64,000 nucleotides of DNA from Azolla caroliniana (Eukaryota > Plantae > Polypodiophyta). The translations under genes and the position numbers were made by a program. The DNA is taken from positions 13,020,001-13,084,000 of the forward strand of contig JBHGNT010000004.1 of NCBI GenBank assembly GCA_043228905.1, in the 5' to 3' direction. Positions 35,901 to 48,800 of the stretch are shown one piece after another (the first letter of the stretch is position 1; the number at the start of each line of letters is the position of its first letter). The notes below the pieces were generated by a model that worked only from the letters and a program-made list of their open reading frames with translations, was not told the origin of the DNA and did no database searches.

Positions 35901-37955
35901 AGAAGAAGATAATGAACTCCGATGAGATTCGGACACAGCCGGCTAAGAGCCGGTTGACACTCGAGGAACCAACCGGTTACGGTGAGAATACCGAACCAGC
36001 AGAAGAAGAAGTAGAGGAAGCTGAAATCGGAACCGGCCAAGACCCCGAATTGGATTCGGATTAAGAACAAATAGTGGAGTCGGTTGCCGAAGGCCAAAGA
36101 CGGAGATATCCTCTCAGAGAGAGAAGGCCCCCCCAGAGATTTCCGGATGCAGAGCATGTGTTGCTGGCCGATGAGGGAGAGCCGGAAAGCTTCGAAGAAG
36201 CGAAGGATGACTGACACCCACAGCCGCAAATGGTTAAGTGCCATGGAGGATGAGATGGATTCCCTGCATGAGAACCATACGTACGAATTGGTGGAGTTGC
36301 CAAAAGGAAAGCGGGCACTCCGAAACAAGTGGGTGTACAAGTTGAAACCAGGAGATGCTGACAACCCCTCGAGATACAAAGCCAGGATCGTGATGAAGGG
36401 GTTCTAGCAGAAGAAGGGCGTGGACTTCGATGAGATATTTGCCCCGGTAGTAAAGATGACCTCCATCCGGACGGTGCTGAGTATAGCAGCAAGCATGGAC
36501 CTCGAGGTAGAGCAGCTAGACGTGAAGACAACATTCCTTCACGGTGACCTCGAAGAGGAGATCTACATGCAGCAACCAGAAGGATTCGTGGAGAAAGGGA
36601 AGGAGCACCCGGTATGCTGGTTGAAGAAGAGCATGTACGGATTGAAGCAGGCTCCCCGACAATGGTACCGGAAGTTCGACTCCTTCATGACCGATCAAGG
36701 GTACCACAAGACGTAGGCCGATCACTGCGTGTTTGTGAAGAAGTTCGAAGGAGGCCACTTCCTGATACTCCTTCTGTACGTGGATGACATTTTGATCGTC
36801 GGACGGGACCAAGCTAGAATACGGATGCTGAAGAAGGCTCTCAACCGAACTTTCGCAATGAAAGACTTGGGTCCAGCAAGACAGATGTTGGGGATGCATA
36901 TCATCCGGAACTGGCCAACGAAGCAATTGTGGCTATCACAGGAGAAGTACGTGACAAAGGTGCTTCAGCAGTTCAACATGTTAGAAGCGAAACCGTTCGG
37001 TTTGACACTCCCGACAAACTACAGATTATCCGGTAAGCAAAGCCCGCAGACGAAAGCAGAGAAGGTTGATATGATGATGGTTCCATATGCCTCTGCCGTC
37101 GGGAGCTTGATGTACACAATGGTGTGTACCCGACCAGATATAGGATACGCAGTTGGAGTGGTGAGCCGGTTTATGAGCAATCTCGGCAAGGAGCACTGGA
37201 ACGCGATCAAATGGATACTCCGGTACTTGAAGGGCACTTCGAACATGTGTCTACGATTCGGCTAAGGTAAACCTCAACTTGACGGTTTTACCGATTCGGA
37301 CATGTCGGTTGATGTGGATACCAGCGGGTCTATATCCGGGTATGTAATGACATATGCAGGGGGAGCTGTTTCGTGGCAGTCGAGGCTGCAGAAGACGGTT
37401 GCGTGGTCAACCACGGAAGCGGAGTACATGGCGGCTGTGGAAGCCGGCAAGGAAATACTATGGATGAAGGACTTCATCGAAGAGCTCGGTATCCGGCAAG
37501 ATGAATACCGGCTCTATTGTGACAGTCAAAGTGCCATCCACCTTGCTAAGAATGCAGCGTACCACTCCAGGACAAAGCACATCCAGCGTAGGTATCACTG
37601 GATCTGGGAGCGAGTAGAAGATCGAGAGTTCGCGCTGATGAAGATCCACACGGCTGAGAACGGGTCAGATATGCTTACCAAAGTACTGATACCTGACAAG
37701 CTGGATGCATGTCGAAAGCGGATCGGACTAGTAAGACATCCCATGCCGGAGTGAAGGGGGAGTTTGTTAGGAAACAGGTCCCTCCAGATGGGAAGTGAGA
37801 AGAACGGTGTTGATGAGCAAACTCGACCGAGGCCGATAGGCCGAGGCAGAAACCAGATGTGGAGTACCCGGCAACAGAAAACCCGGTGACAACCGGATGT
37901 GGTGTACCCAACTACGGAAGACCCGGTGACAACCGGATGTGGAGTACCCGGTCAA
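32942..37955 (+). mobile_element. Copia F inserted in the 3' LTR of J1; 3' LTR truncated
   Basis: 5' LTR 32942-33698; PBS TGGTATTAGAGC 33702-33713; gag 33729-34592; INT 34733-36064; RT/RH to 37754; PPT then 3' LTR from 37765. Confidence 0.93.
33001..33217 (+). repeat. 40-bp tandem array (5 copies plus partial) in the F LTR
   Basis: Unit CGGATGTGGWGTACCCGGCWACGGAAGACCCGGTGAGAAC. Confidence 0.95.
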
Positions 37956-38997
37956 CGTTATGGAGTAAGGCAAGGTGATAAGAAAATGACCCAAATTGCT
38001 TAAGGATTTCATATGAGCCACAATATCATGGGGCTAACTTAGTGCACTTGCCCGTAGACAATGACGTACAGTCAGTAGGGACACACAAAAAAACTTTTTG
38101 ACCAATAATAAATGCTCAAGGACGTCTATCTTGATCAGCATAAAATCGAGCACGATCTTCAAATGTTTGAACATCTTTGGCAGTATGTAACATTTGGTTT
38201 ATGTCTTGCAAAAAATTGTGTGTTCTATCTAATGTATCACGATGAATCCTGACATTAACGGGCGCACCTGGCTGAAAACCATACATCAACATAAATGAAC
38301 TATATCTAGTGGATGTATGTTTTAAGCTATTATAGGAAAATTCTAAGATAGGAAGGAATTTCTCCCACTTTGAATGGGTTTTTGCTACATAAGCTCGAAG
38401 CATGTCCTCAATAATTTGATTAACTCGTTTAGTTTGTCCATCAGATTGAGGATTATCTCCGGCACTCATGCTCAACGTAGTTTCTAACTTCTTAAAGACT
38501 TGCGTCCAAAAGTCACTAGTAAACTTGGAATCTCAATCAATAACAATATCCATCGGTAATCCATAAAAACGAAATAACTTATCAACAAATTGATAAGCCA
38601 ATTGTTGAGCGGTTACCGTGATTTTGGTAGTAATAAATCTAGCCAATTTTGTTAGTCGGTCAATGACAAACCAAATGGCATCATGATCCTTCTGTGTACA
38701 AGGCAAAATAACAATAAAATCCATCGATATACTTTCCCATTTGTTGTTGGGAATATCTAAGGGATGTAAAAGACTAGTAGATTTAAGTCGTTCCTACATA
38801 TTAATCGGACATTGTAAGCATTGTGTTACGTATTTACGCACGTTAGAGTGCATCTTAGGCCAAAAGAAGGTACTAGAGGTGAGAACTAGTGTACATTGTA
38901 TTCCAGGATGACCAGTAGATGGTGCATCATGACATTCATGAAGAATTGTTTGTTTTATGTTTGGTAAATCCGGAACACAAACCTTTCCACTATGGTA
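37956..38997 (-). pseudogene. Old AT-rich Ty3/Gypsy integrase fragment (chromovirus-like)
   Basis: HECHDAPSTGHPG...CLQC, MDFIVILP...DRLTK, PQSDGQTKRVNQIIEDMLR. Confidence 0.85.
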
Positions 38998-39484
38998 TGT
39001 CACATTCTAGACTTGAACCTCTGACTTTTAACACACAGTACATTGCATCGTGTTAACCATATGGAAGCTCTTGCGAGATGTCCACATTCTATTGTGAACT
39101 TGTATATATTGTAGAGTCTAGTGTATAGTACATTCGAGAATATTCTAGTTGTTAGTATATTCTATAATTATTCTATGCTACATTGTTGAGAATCAAGCTC
39201 AACCTAGCCTAGTGTGTGAACACACCCTTGAGAATGTATGAACACTCAAAGGTCAAAAGGCACACCACTACTCTTTACACATTAACTATGTGTCATAGAA
39301 TCATATTCTATGACACATAACTAATGAATTTCCACATTCCCCATGACTCATGAGCTTTGGTAGTTAATGAAGCGAGAGAGTGACTATATAAAGCACTCTT
39401 CTCCTACTTTGTAACAAGTCGGTTAATCTCCTTTGTAATATACAATCTTCTTGAGTATTTTACTATTGATCTTGTGTTTCTCTC

Positions 39485-39529
<45 letters not shown>

Positions 39530-42500
39530 CCACACATACACACATAACACACATCTCTAACCTATTCTGCTACACGAGAATCACCATCGATTCTTTACAT
39601 GGTATCAGAGTGGTTTGGTATCTCGATCTAGCCCATCCGTGTGTGTTGTGCTCTACGTTGACGTTCAAGAAGAACCGGCTCGTCGCTATCGTAGTGCGGC
39701 TACATAGCTCGAATTCAGGAGAGAAGAAGAAGGAATAAATCTACATCAAACACCATGAATACTCAAATGGGGAGCACTCTCCCTAGTGAGAAGTTGGACT
39801 GAAACAACTTCAAATCTTGGGCATACAAGATGCACCAATACCTTGTCGGTCAAGGTTAATGGAGCTACATCAAAGGAGCACAAGAAAATCGACCCGACCC
39901 AAAGGACGCCGACTACTCAACATGGGACCAAGCGGCGAGTCGAGTAATGTATTGCTTGACGACATGTGTTCATGACCACATGCTCGGTTACGTTTGAGAA
40001 GCCATGATGACAAAGGAAGCATGGGATCTAAGGAAGATATTCACCACCAATATGACGACACAAAAGATTCAACTCTACCAAGAGTTAAACAACATCCAAC
40101 AACGGGACATGTCCATCACAAGCTACACTTTGAAGATCAAGGAGCTTTGTGATTCACTCGGCTCAATAAGCATCAATGTGGAGGATGATGAGATGGTACA
40201 AATATGCCTCGGCGGCCTTGCACCATGGTTCGGCGCGATGAGAACTGACATCCTAGCAAGGGAGAATCCTCCCTCTTTCTTCAATCTTCAATCCATGTTA
40301 TTGGTTAAAGAAAACCATGTTTGAACAAGGAGCAACACCTCGGAAGGCTACATGCTCTACACACATTCGAATGGAGGAAGAGGACGTTGCCGAGCAAGAG
40401 GTTGATTCGGCCAAGGATGAGGCGGATGAGGTTCGAATTACGACAACAACTCCCACCTTCGGCAACAAGACAGAAGCCATCGAGGAACCTTCTAAAGAAG
40501 GGGGAGATTCCATTCCAGTCTGAGCCAACAAACCTCGATCAAATGCGGATATTGCAGAAAAGTCAGCCATCATGACGAAGAGTGCCGAAAGAAGTGTTCC
40601 ACAAGTCGACAACTCACAAATTACGCCACCAACTCTGATTATGAAGACCATGGTAGAATATTCGTGATGAGACATAGAGCAAATTCTATTTTGACTAATG
40701 CCTCCAATCTGGAAGATGTATGGTTCATCGACGCTAGTGCCTCGAACCATATGACGTCCCATCAAGAATGGTTCCGAGACTTACGAGAGCCGGATCGACC
40801 CAGTTATGTCGAGACAGGAGACGACACCACTCATGTGATTCAGCATGTTGGCAATGTCCCATTCGGGAAAGATGGCGAACAAACTTGCATAAAAAATGTC
40901 TTACATGTACCCACCATAACGAAGAATTTGGTCTCGGTCGGCCAAATTGTGGAGCAAGGTATGCAAGTTCGATTCAACCAAGGTGGTTGCTTCATCAAGA
41001 AGGAAGGCCGACTAATTGCTCGTGGTTGAAGGGAAGGCCAAATGTTTATCCTCAAAGCGAACAAGGTAAAATCGGCCATGTTTGCAAAGGGCCTCAAACC
41101 CAACACCGACACAGAGCTATGGCATAAAAGAATCAGCCATATCAATCTCAACAAACTCAAGGCGATGCAATCGAAAGAAGTCGTCATTGGGCTCCCGACC
41201 TTTAAAGAGAAAGAGATTGAAGGAGTATGTGAAGCATGCCAACTCGGCAAGCAACATCGACACTCATTCTTGAAGGAGAGGAATGTGAGCAAAGGCCTAT
41301 TGGATGTAGTCCATTCGGATGTGTGGGGACCGGCAGAGACGGTCACATTCGGAGGATGTCGGTACTATGTTACCTTCATCAACAACTTCTCTAGATACAC
41401 ATGGATCTTTCCCATGAGGATGAAGAGTGAAGTGTTTTCACACTTCCAAAATTTCAAACACGAAGTCTAAAAGACAACTGGCTGCCATGTATGTCTGATG
41501 CGTTCACGGTATACCTTCGACAAGAAGGAATTCGGCGAGAATTCACTTGCCAACACACACCGCAATAGAATGGTGTAGCCGAACGCAAGAATCGACACAT
41601 CCTCGAAGTAGCAAGGTCCATGCTAAATGAGAAGCATATGCCCAAGTCATATTGGGCAGAAGCTTCAAATACCGTCTTCTACCTCATGAACTGGTGCACA
41701 ACATCCAGAGTGCACGAGGTGACCCCGCATGAGAAGTACTATGGGAAGAAACCAGACCTATCCCATGTAAGGATATTCGGCTCCATTGCATACGTGCACA
41801 TTCCCGATGAGAAGCGGCCGAAGCTTGACCCAAAATCAGAGAAGTGCATCCTCATGGGGTACTTACTAGAGCAAAAGGGGTACAAATGCTTCAACCCCTC
41901 TACTTGGATGGCTCGTGTGAGTAGGGATGTCGTCTTTGACGAATTGACATCATGGTACAAACCATCTACGAACGACCTCGACAACTCAGAAGACGATGAT
42001 CAACTAAGGTCAATACTCGAAGAGAGTCCGAACTCAACTAGATTGAGTAGACCACAAGAGCCTCTGAGCAACCAAAGCATATCTTGACTAGTCCAAAGAT
42101 GGACAAAGGGAAGGCCAAAATGCTGGAATATGAAGACGATCACTTCGACGACAACAATCGATTCACTCACTCGATAGTGAGTTCGATGGCTTTGATGTGC
42201 CTCTTATGAGGTCACCTGAAGTTAAGAAAGCACTGACATCGGCAAATGAGAAACTCCATCACTACACCCGAGAGAAGAATCTGGTTAGCCGATTCGGTTA
42301 CAATGGCTATATGGCATATCATTAATTCGAGAACCGGAGAGCTTTGCCGAAGCCGTTAAAGATCCGCGATGGGTTGAAGCTCTCAGCAAAAACGAGACAT
42401 GGGATCTCGTCCCTCACTCACCGCACAAGAAGGCAATCGGTTGCAGATGGATATACAAAGGGAAGTACAATGCCGACAGTTCCGTCAACTACTAGAAAGT

Positions 42501-45500
42501 TCGACTCGTAACAAAGGGCTACACACAAACACAAGGAGTTGACTATGAAGAGACCTTTGCCCTGGTGGCAAAGATGACAACCGTGCGGACCATGATAGCA
42601 CTTGTTATAGCAAAAGGGTGGCATCTCCACCAAATGGATGTCAAGAATGCCTTTCCTCAAGGTGAATTAGACAAGGAGGTGTACATGGTACAACCACCTA
42701 GCTTCAAATCCAATATTCATCTGAAAGCCGCCTGCCAACTCAAGAAGCCTCTCTATGGCCTTCAGCAAGCACCACGTGCTTGACAATCGAAGGTAACACA
42801 ATATCTTCATCGAATCAGCTAACTGGGTATCCGATATCCGGTCGGGTACACACCGTTGCATACATTAAGCTCCTGACAACAGATGCATATGGTATCTTCA
42901 TCATATCCGCTTTCTCTGCCTTCGTCTTCAGGCTTTGCTTACCGAATAACTTGCAGCTTGCCGGGAGTGTCGATCCGACGGGTTTCGCATCTGACATTTT
43001 GAACCGCTGAAACACCTTTGTCACGTACTTCTCCTGTGACAGCCACAATTGCTTCTTTGACTAGTCCCGGATGATATGTATCTCCAATATCTTTCCTGCC
43101 GAACCTAAGTATTTCATTGAGAAGGTTCGGTTCAGAGCCTTCTTCAACATTCGTATCTTGACTTGGTCTCGTCCGACGATCAACATGTTGTCCACGTATA
43201 GGAGGAGTATCAAGAAGTTTCCACCTTCGAACTTCTTTACAAATATGTAGTGATCGGCCCGCGTCTTGTGCTACCCTTGATCGGTCATGAAGGAGTCGAA
43301 CTTCCGGTACCATTGCCGGGGAGCCTGCTTCAAACCGTAGAGACTCTTCTTCAACCATCAAACCAGGTGCTCCTTTCCTTTCTTCACAAAACCCTCTGGT
43401 TGTTGCATGTAGATCCCTCTTCGAGGTCACCGTGGAGGAATGTCGTTTTTACGTCTAACTGCTCTACCTCGAGGTCCATGCTTGCCACTATGCTCAGCAC
43501 CGTCCGGATGGAAGTCATCTTTACTACCGGGACAAACATCTCGTCGAAGTCCACGCCCTTCTTCTGCTGGAACCCCTTCACCACGATCCTGGCTTTGTAT
43601 CTCAAGGGGTTTCCAGCATCTTCCGGTTTTAGCTTGTACACCCACTTGTTTCGTAATGCCCTCTTTCCTTTCGGTAACTCCACCAATTCATACGTGTGGT
43701 TCTCATGCAGGGAATCCATCTCGTCCTGCATGGCACTCAACCACTTGCAGCTATGGGTGTCTCCCTTAGTTTCTTCGAAGCTTTCCAGCTCCCCCTTATT
43801 GGTTAGTAGTACATGCTTTGGATCCGGAAATCTCCGGCGAGCCCTTCTCTCTCTGAGAGGATATCTGCATCCTTGGTTTCCGGCAACCGGCTCCTCTATT
43901 TTTTCTTCATCTGAATCCGATTCGGGATCTTGGTCGGTTCCGGTTCCTGCTTCCTCTTCTTCTTCTTCCAGTTCGGTGTCCTCTCCGTAACCAGCCGGTT
44001 CTTCGAGTGTTTACCGGCTCTTTGCCGGTTGGGTTTGCCTCTCATCGAATCGGTCCTTTCGGTCGACTTGGAGTTCATTATCTTCTTTTTCGACTCCCAG
44101 TCGGCAAGGGTCTTGTCCTCCATGAAGATAATATCTCGACTCCAAAACACCTTCTTGTCGACGGGGTCCCACACTCGGTAGCCGAACTCATCATCGCCAT
44201 ATCCAAGGAATATGCAAGGCCGGGACTTTGGATCCAACTTTCCTCTCTGGTCCTTTGCAACATGCACGTAAGCGAGACACCCGAACACCTTCAGATGCCG
44301 ATAAGACACTTCCTTACCGGTCCACACTCTCTGCGGCGTGTCTCCATCCAAGCGTACTGAGGGTGATCTGTTTATCACGTACGTCGTTGTCGATAACACC
44401 TCAGCCCAAAACGTCTTGGGTAACCTTGCATGTGCTAGCATACTCCGGACCCTCTCCATTATGGTCCGGTTCATCCTCTTGGCCAACCCGTTTAGTTTCG
44501 GCGTCTTCGGCATGGTAAATTCGAGCCGGATTCCCTTCGAGCGGCAGTACTCCTCAAACTGCCCCCGGTATTTGCCTCCGTTATCTGCTCAAACCGCCTT
44601 CAGCTTCCATCCGGTTTCTCTTTCCACTCTCGTGTGGAGGTCCTTGAAAACGGATAACACCTGATCCTTCGTCTTCAGCGGTGTGGCCCACAGCTTTCAA
44701 CTGTGGTCATCTATGAACGTCACGAAGTATTGCGATCCAGCATGTGACTTCGTGTCCACTTGACACACATCGGTATGCGCCAGCTCCAGTGGTGCATTAC
44801 GTCTCATCGGTGACCTTGATCGGAAGGAGGTCCAGTTTTGCTTACCGACCAGGCCGTCAGTGCACCTCTCAAGATGCACGTCCTTCACCGGAATGAGGTT
44901 GTCATTGGCAAGCCTCCTCATTCCCTTCTCGCTCATGTGACATAGTCTCTTGTGCCACAGCTCACCGGTAGTGTCGGAAGCAATGTTCACTTCTTCTGGG
45001 CATAACTAGGCATTCATTAGGTACAAAGTGTTGACTTTCTAGGACCAAGCCCCTATCAGGCTCCCTTTGTTGAATTTCATGACACTGTTCCGGATGCTAC
45101 CCGTGTAACCTTCATCATCTAGCTGACCGACTGATATCAGGTTCAGTCGAACCTTCGGAACGTTGTCGCGTTACTACTTGCGTGCGTGGGAAAACGAGGC
45201 GGGACCACCGGGGTCTTGAACCGAAGAGCAGGCGATAGAAGGGGAAAGAGAAGGAGAGAGACGCCCAGTCACGTATGAGCAAAGAAACACAGGGGCGTGG
45301 CCCGTCAACACAGAGGACGTGAATGGACACAGAGATAGGGAGACACAAGTGTTTGTAAATTAACGAATAACGAGTACACATCAGAACACGCGAGCGGCTA
45401 CAACCGAACAGGCTGGCGAACAGATGCTGATGCCTGTTCGTCTGCGCACGAAATGGGGATAGGATGGAGGTGCTGCCGGAAGCACACGGGTGTTCCTTGA

Positions 45501-45812
45501 AGCAGCGCGAGCCTCCCGAAACCTGCAGAGAAGAGCAACAGAGAACAGACAGAGAGGAGAAGCGTTCGGTTCCGGTCCGACAGCACTTCGTCCTCCTGAA
45601 TGCGCCTGTTTCACCCTGCGTCTCCCTCTCCTTTATGGCATTAAGAAGGGAGCCGTCTCCCTCCTTTACTTCCTACCTACCGAATCTAACTACCCCTGGA
45701 TATGCCTTCGTACCTAATTCTCTATTATATACATTAAGGGTGCGCACACGTGAAGAGCCGGTTCACGCACGCTATGCACCGATTGCACCAAGGGACGGTT
45801 TTCTTCACGACA

Positions 45813-48800
45813 TCCGCCCCCACCTAACCGCGCATCCACCGGTATGCGCCAAAATTGGGTTCTGGTTGGAGAAAACCGGCCCGGGTTCCTGTTCCTCGTC
45901 CATCGGTTCGTCCACCGCCTCAGACTGATCATCGTCGTTGTCCAGGCCTCTTAGATCCGGTTCGTCGTCGTGGCGCTTCTTGAATGATTTGATCCGCTTC
46001 CCCGCCACTGGTATCGCCATCCTCGTACCGTCGAGTTCCGCCAGGTGATACGTCCCGTTGTCGTTGGCGCTCGTTACCACGTAAGGCCCGAACCACCGCT
46101 TTGCAAACTTCCGTGTTGCTCGGTGCTGGTTGTCGAGGGTGCTGTCGTAGACTAGGACCCAGTCGCCTTCCTCGATTCTCTCTGGTCTGAGCCGGTGCAT
46201 TCGGTCGAACCGGGCTTTGTTCTTCATCCTCGCCGTCCGTAGTGTCTCCGCCACTCGTTCCACGTCCTCTGGCCTCCTCTCGAGCTACCGTATACGCGCC
46301 GCTAGCAGTTCTTCCCGACTCATTTCGTCACTCCAGTCTACTGTCGCCCAAGAGGAGATCGTCCGTTCCATCGTCATGATCGGCTTCTGCCCGAACATGA
46401 GCTCTGACGGCATGAACCCGGTTACCGAATTGTGCGTTGTCCGGTCCAGCCACAAGGCGTAAGGTAACAGTCGTGGCCAGTTCCCGACCTGGTCTCCGCA
46501 TGCCCAGACTAGCGCTTTGACGATTGGCCCGTGCCCGTGCTCTACCTTCCCGTTTGCCTCCGGATTGTACGCTGTGGTGAGCGAGAGCTTGACCCCTAAC
46601 CGGTTGAACAGCTCCTCGGCCTCTTCGGCGTCCAACTCCTCGCGGTCAGCCACGATCTTTCCGACGCATCCGTACCGGCATATCACGTCCTCGATCAGGA
46701 ACCGACACACAGCCGCGGTCAGGTCCTCGGCCTTCCACCTGGTTCGTCAGGTCCTCCTGGGCCAGCACCAGATATCGCATCTGCCCTACGCCCATCGGCA
46801 TCGTCACCAAATCTACCATCCATTTGAAGTGGATGGCCGGAGGGTAAGTGGGGTGAAGCTCGTCCCGATGTCGGACTATGGAGTGCACCTAACAGCTCTC
46901 ACAAGTTGTCACGAACCGATGCACGTCCCGGTACAGTCCCGGCCACCAGTACTTCCCCTTTAGTTTCTCAAACGTGGCCCACGTCCCACGGTGTCCAGCC
47001 CAGGGGCTGTCATGGTAGGCTTTCAGCAATTCCTCCTGTTCCTCCTTCGTCGCCACTACTCGGAGCGGGATGCCGTTCCTCTTCTTCGGGTGCTTCCACA
47101 AGTATCCGTCCCGGAGAAAGAACCGATATGCTTTCTTCCGGATCCGGTTGGCCTCGTCCCTTGTCCATGATGCGTCCGGCATCATTGTCCTTAAGAATCC
47201 CCCAATCTGCAGCCACTCCCCGTCGTACTTGCTCTCGTTGAAATCGTTAAGCGCCGGAGTGCTTCCCTCCTCGGTTGTTACGTAAGCCGCCTCGAAGAAG
47301 TCTACGCCGACTTCCTCGTCCTCCGAAACCATGCCTCCCTCGTCGTTGAATCGCGCCCTCGAAAGCATGTCGGCCATGGCATTGTCTTTCCCGGAAATGT
47401 GTTGTATTTCCGGATCCAGAGACTTGATGTACGCTATCCACCTGAGCATCGCCAGGTCCGGGCTTGCGCATCCGGAAACCATGCTGAGAATCAGCAGGCA
47501 GTCCGTCTCGATAATCACCTCTGTCCCAATCATCGCCAGGACCTTTGCGCCGAACGTGATTGGGAACTGGATGCCGTCCTCGTCTTCTTGGTTGACGACC
47601 CATCCGATCCCGGTCGGACTCGTATCTACCGTTATGTAGATGGGAGTGCCTTTCTCGTAGACAGCCTTCCGGAGTGCCGGAACCGCAGCAAGAGCCTCCT
47701 TCATCTTTCGCACCGACTCCGTATGCTCGTCTCGCCACTCGAATTTTCGCCCCTTTTTTAGCAACCCGTATAGCGGCTCAGCAACATGGGCGTAATGTGG
47801 GATACATATGTGGTAGAACGCGCATGCTCCCAAGAACCTCCGTACCTCCGTGACCGAGTTACAGTCGGGCTTCATTGCGGAGATGGCTTCCACCTTTGCT
47901 GGAGACGGTTTCCGGCCATATGGTCCGCATAGATGTCCGACGACCATGATCTCTGATTGCCCGAAGGCCGATTTTTCCCCGGAGAAGGTGAGCCTCGCGT
48001 CCTCTAGCCTGTGCAGCACCCTCTCGCAGTCGTCAATGTGTGTCGCCACGAATTTCCGGCATCCGTCCGGTCCGATCATTTTGTCCCTTTCTTCCACCGG
48101 ACATCCTTTGATTGGGATGTCGTCCAAGAATGGCATGGTGATGTCCGGGATACAATCCCTCAGCACCTTGTTCATAGCATTCACCATGTGGGCCACCGAG
48201 TTCGTCCCTCCTTGCGGCAGGGTGCACATCCGCACTAGGCCGAGAGGAGTCCGCATCGTCGTAATGTCTCTGCTTTCTACGGCTAGTTGGAACTGATCGT
48301 ACCCCGAGTACAGATCACCGACCGAGTAGATCGACCTTCCGGCGAAGGCCTCCGCGAACTCGTCTATCGTTGGTCTGATTCCTGCGTTCCGAATGGTCAC
48401 TCTGTTGACCGGCTGCAGGTCTTGAATGAAGCGCAACGTCCCGTTCTTCTTCAGTACAGTAAACCACCGGTTCAAGTACGGGGCACTCAACGGTTCGAGG
48501 ATGCCCATATCGACTTTCTGCCTCAATAGCTCCATCAGCTCTAGGATGTGAGCTCTCGGTACCGAAATTGGCTTGAGATTCCATGGTACATGCGGTACCG
48601 TGAATATCACCATCGGCTTCACAACTGTCGGGTCTACGCACCCGATTTCTTCCGGCGAGAATGCGAAGGCTTTCCCATGCCTTCCGAGCATTCTCCGAAA
48701 CCGGTCTTCTTCCACCGGCAGTAGAAACCCGCCCCCACCGATTTTGAGCTCCCGTAGCGTTCTGTCGGTGAAGGTGTGTCCTATGCAGGCCGGATCACGT

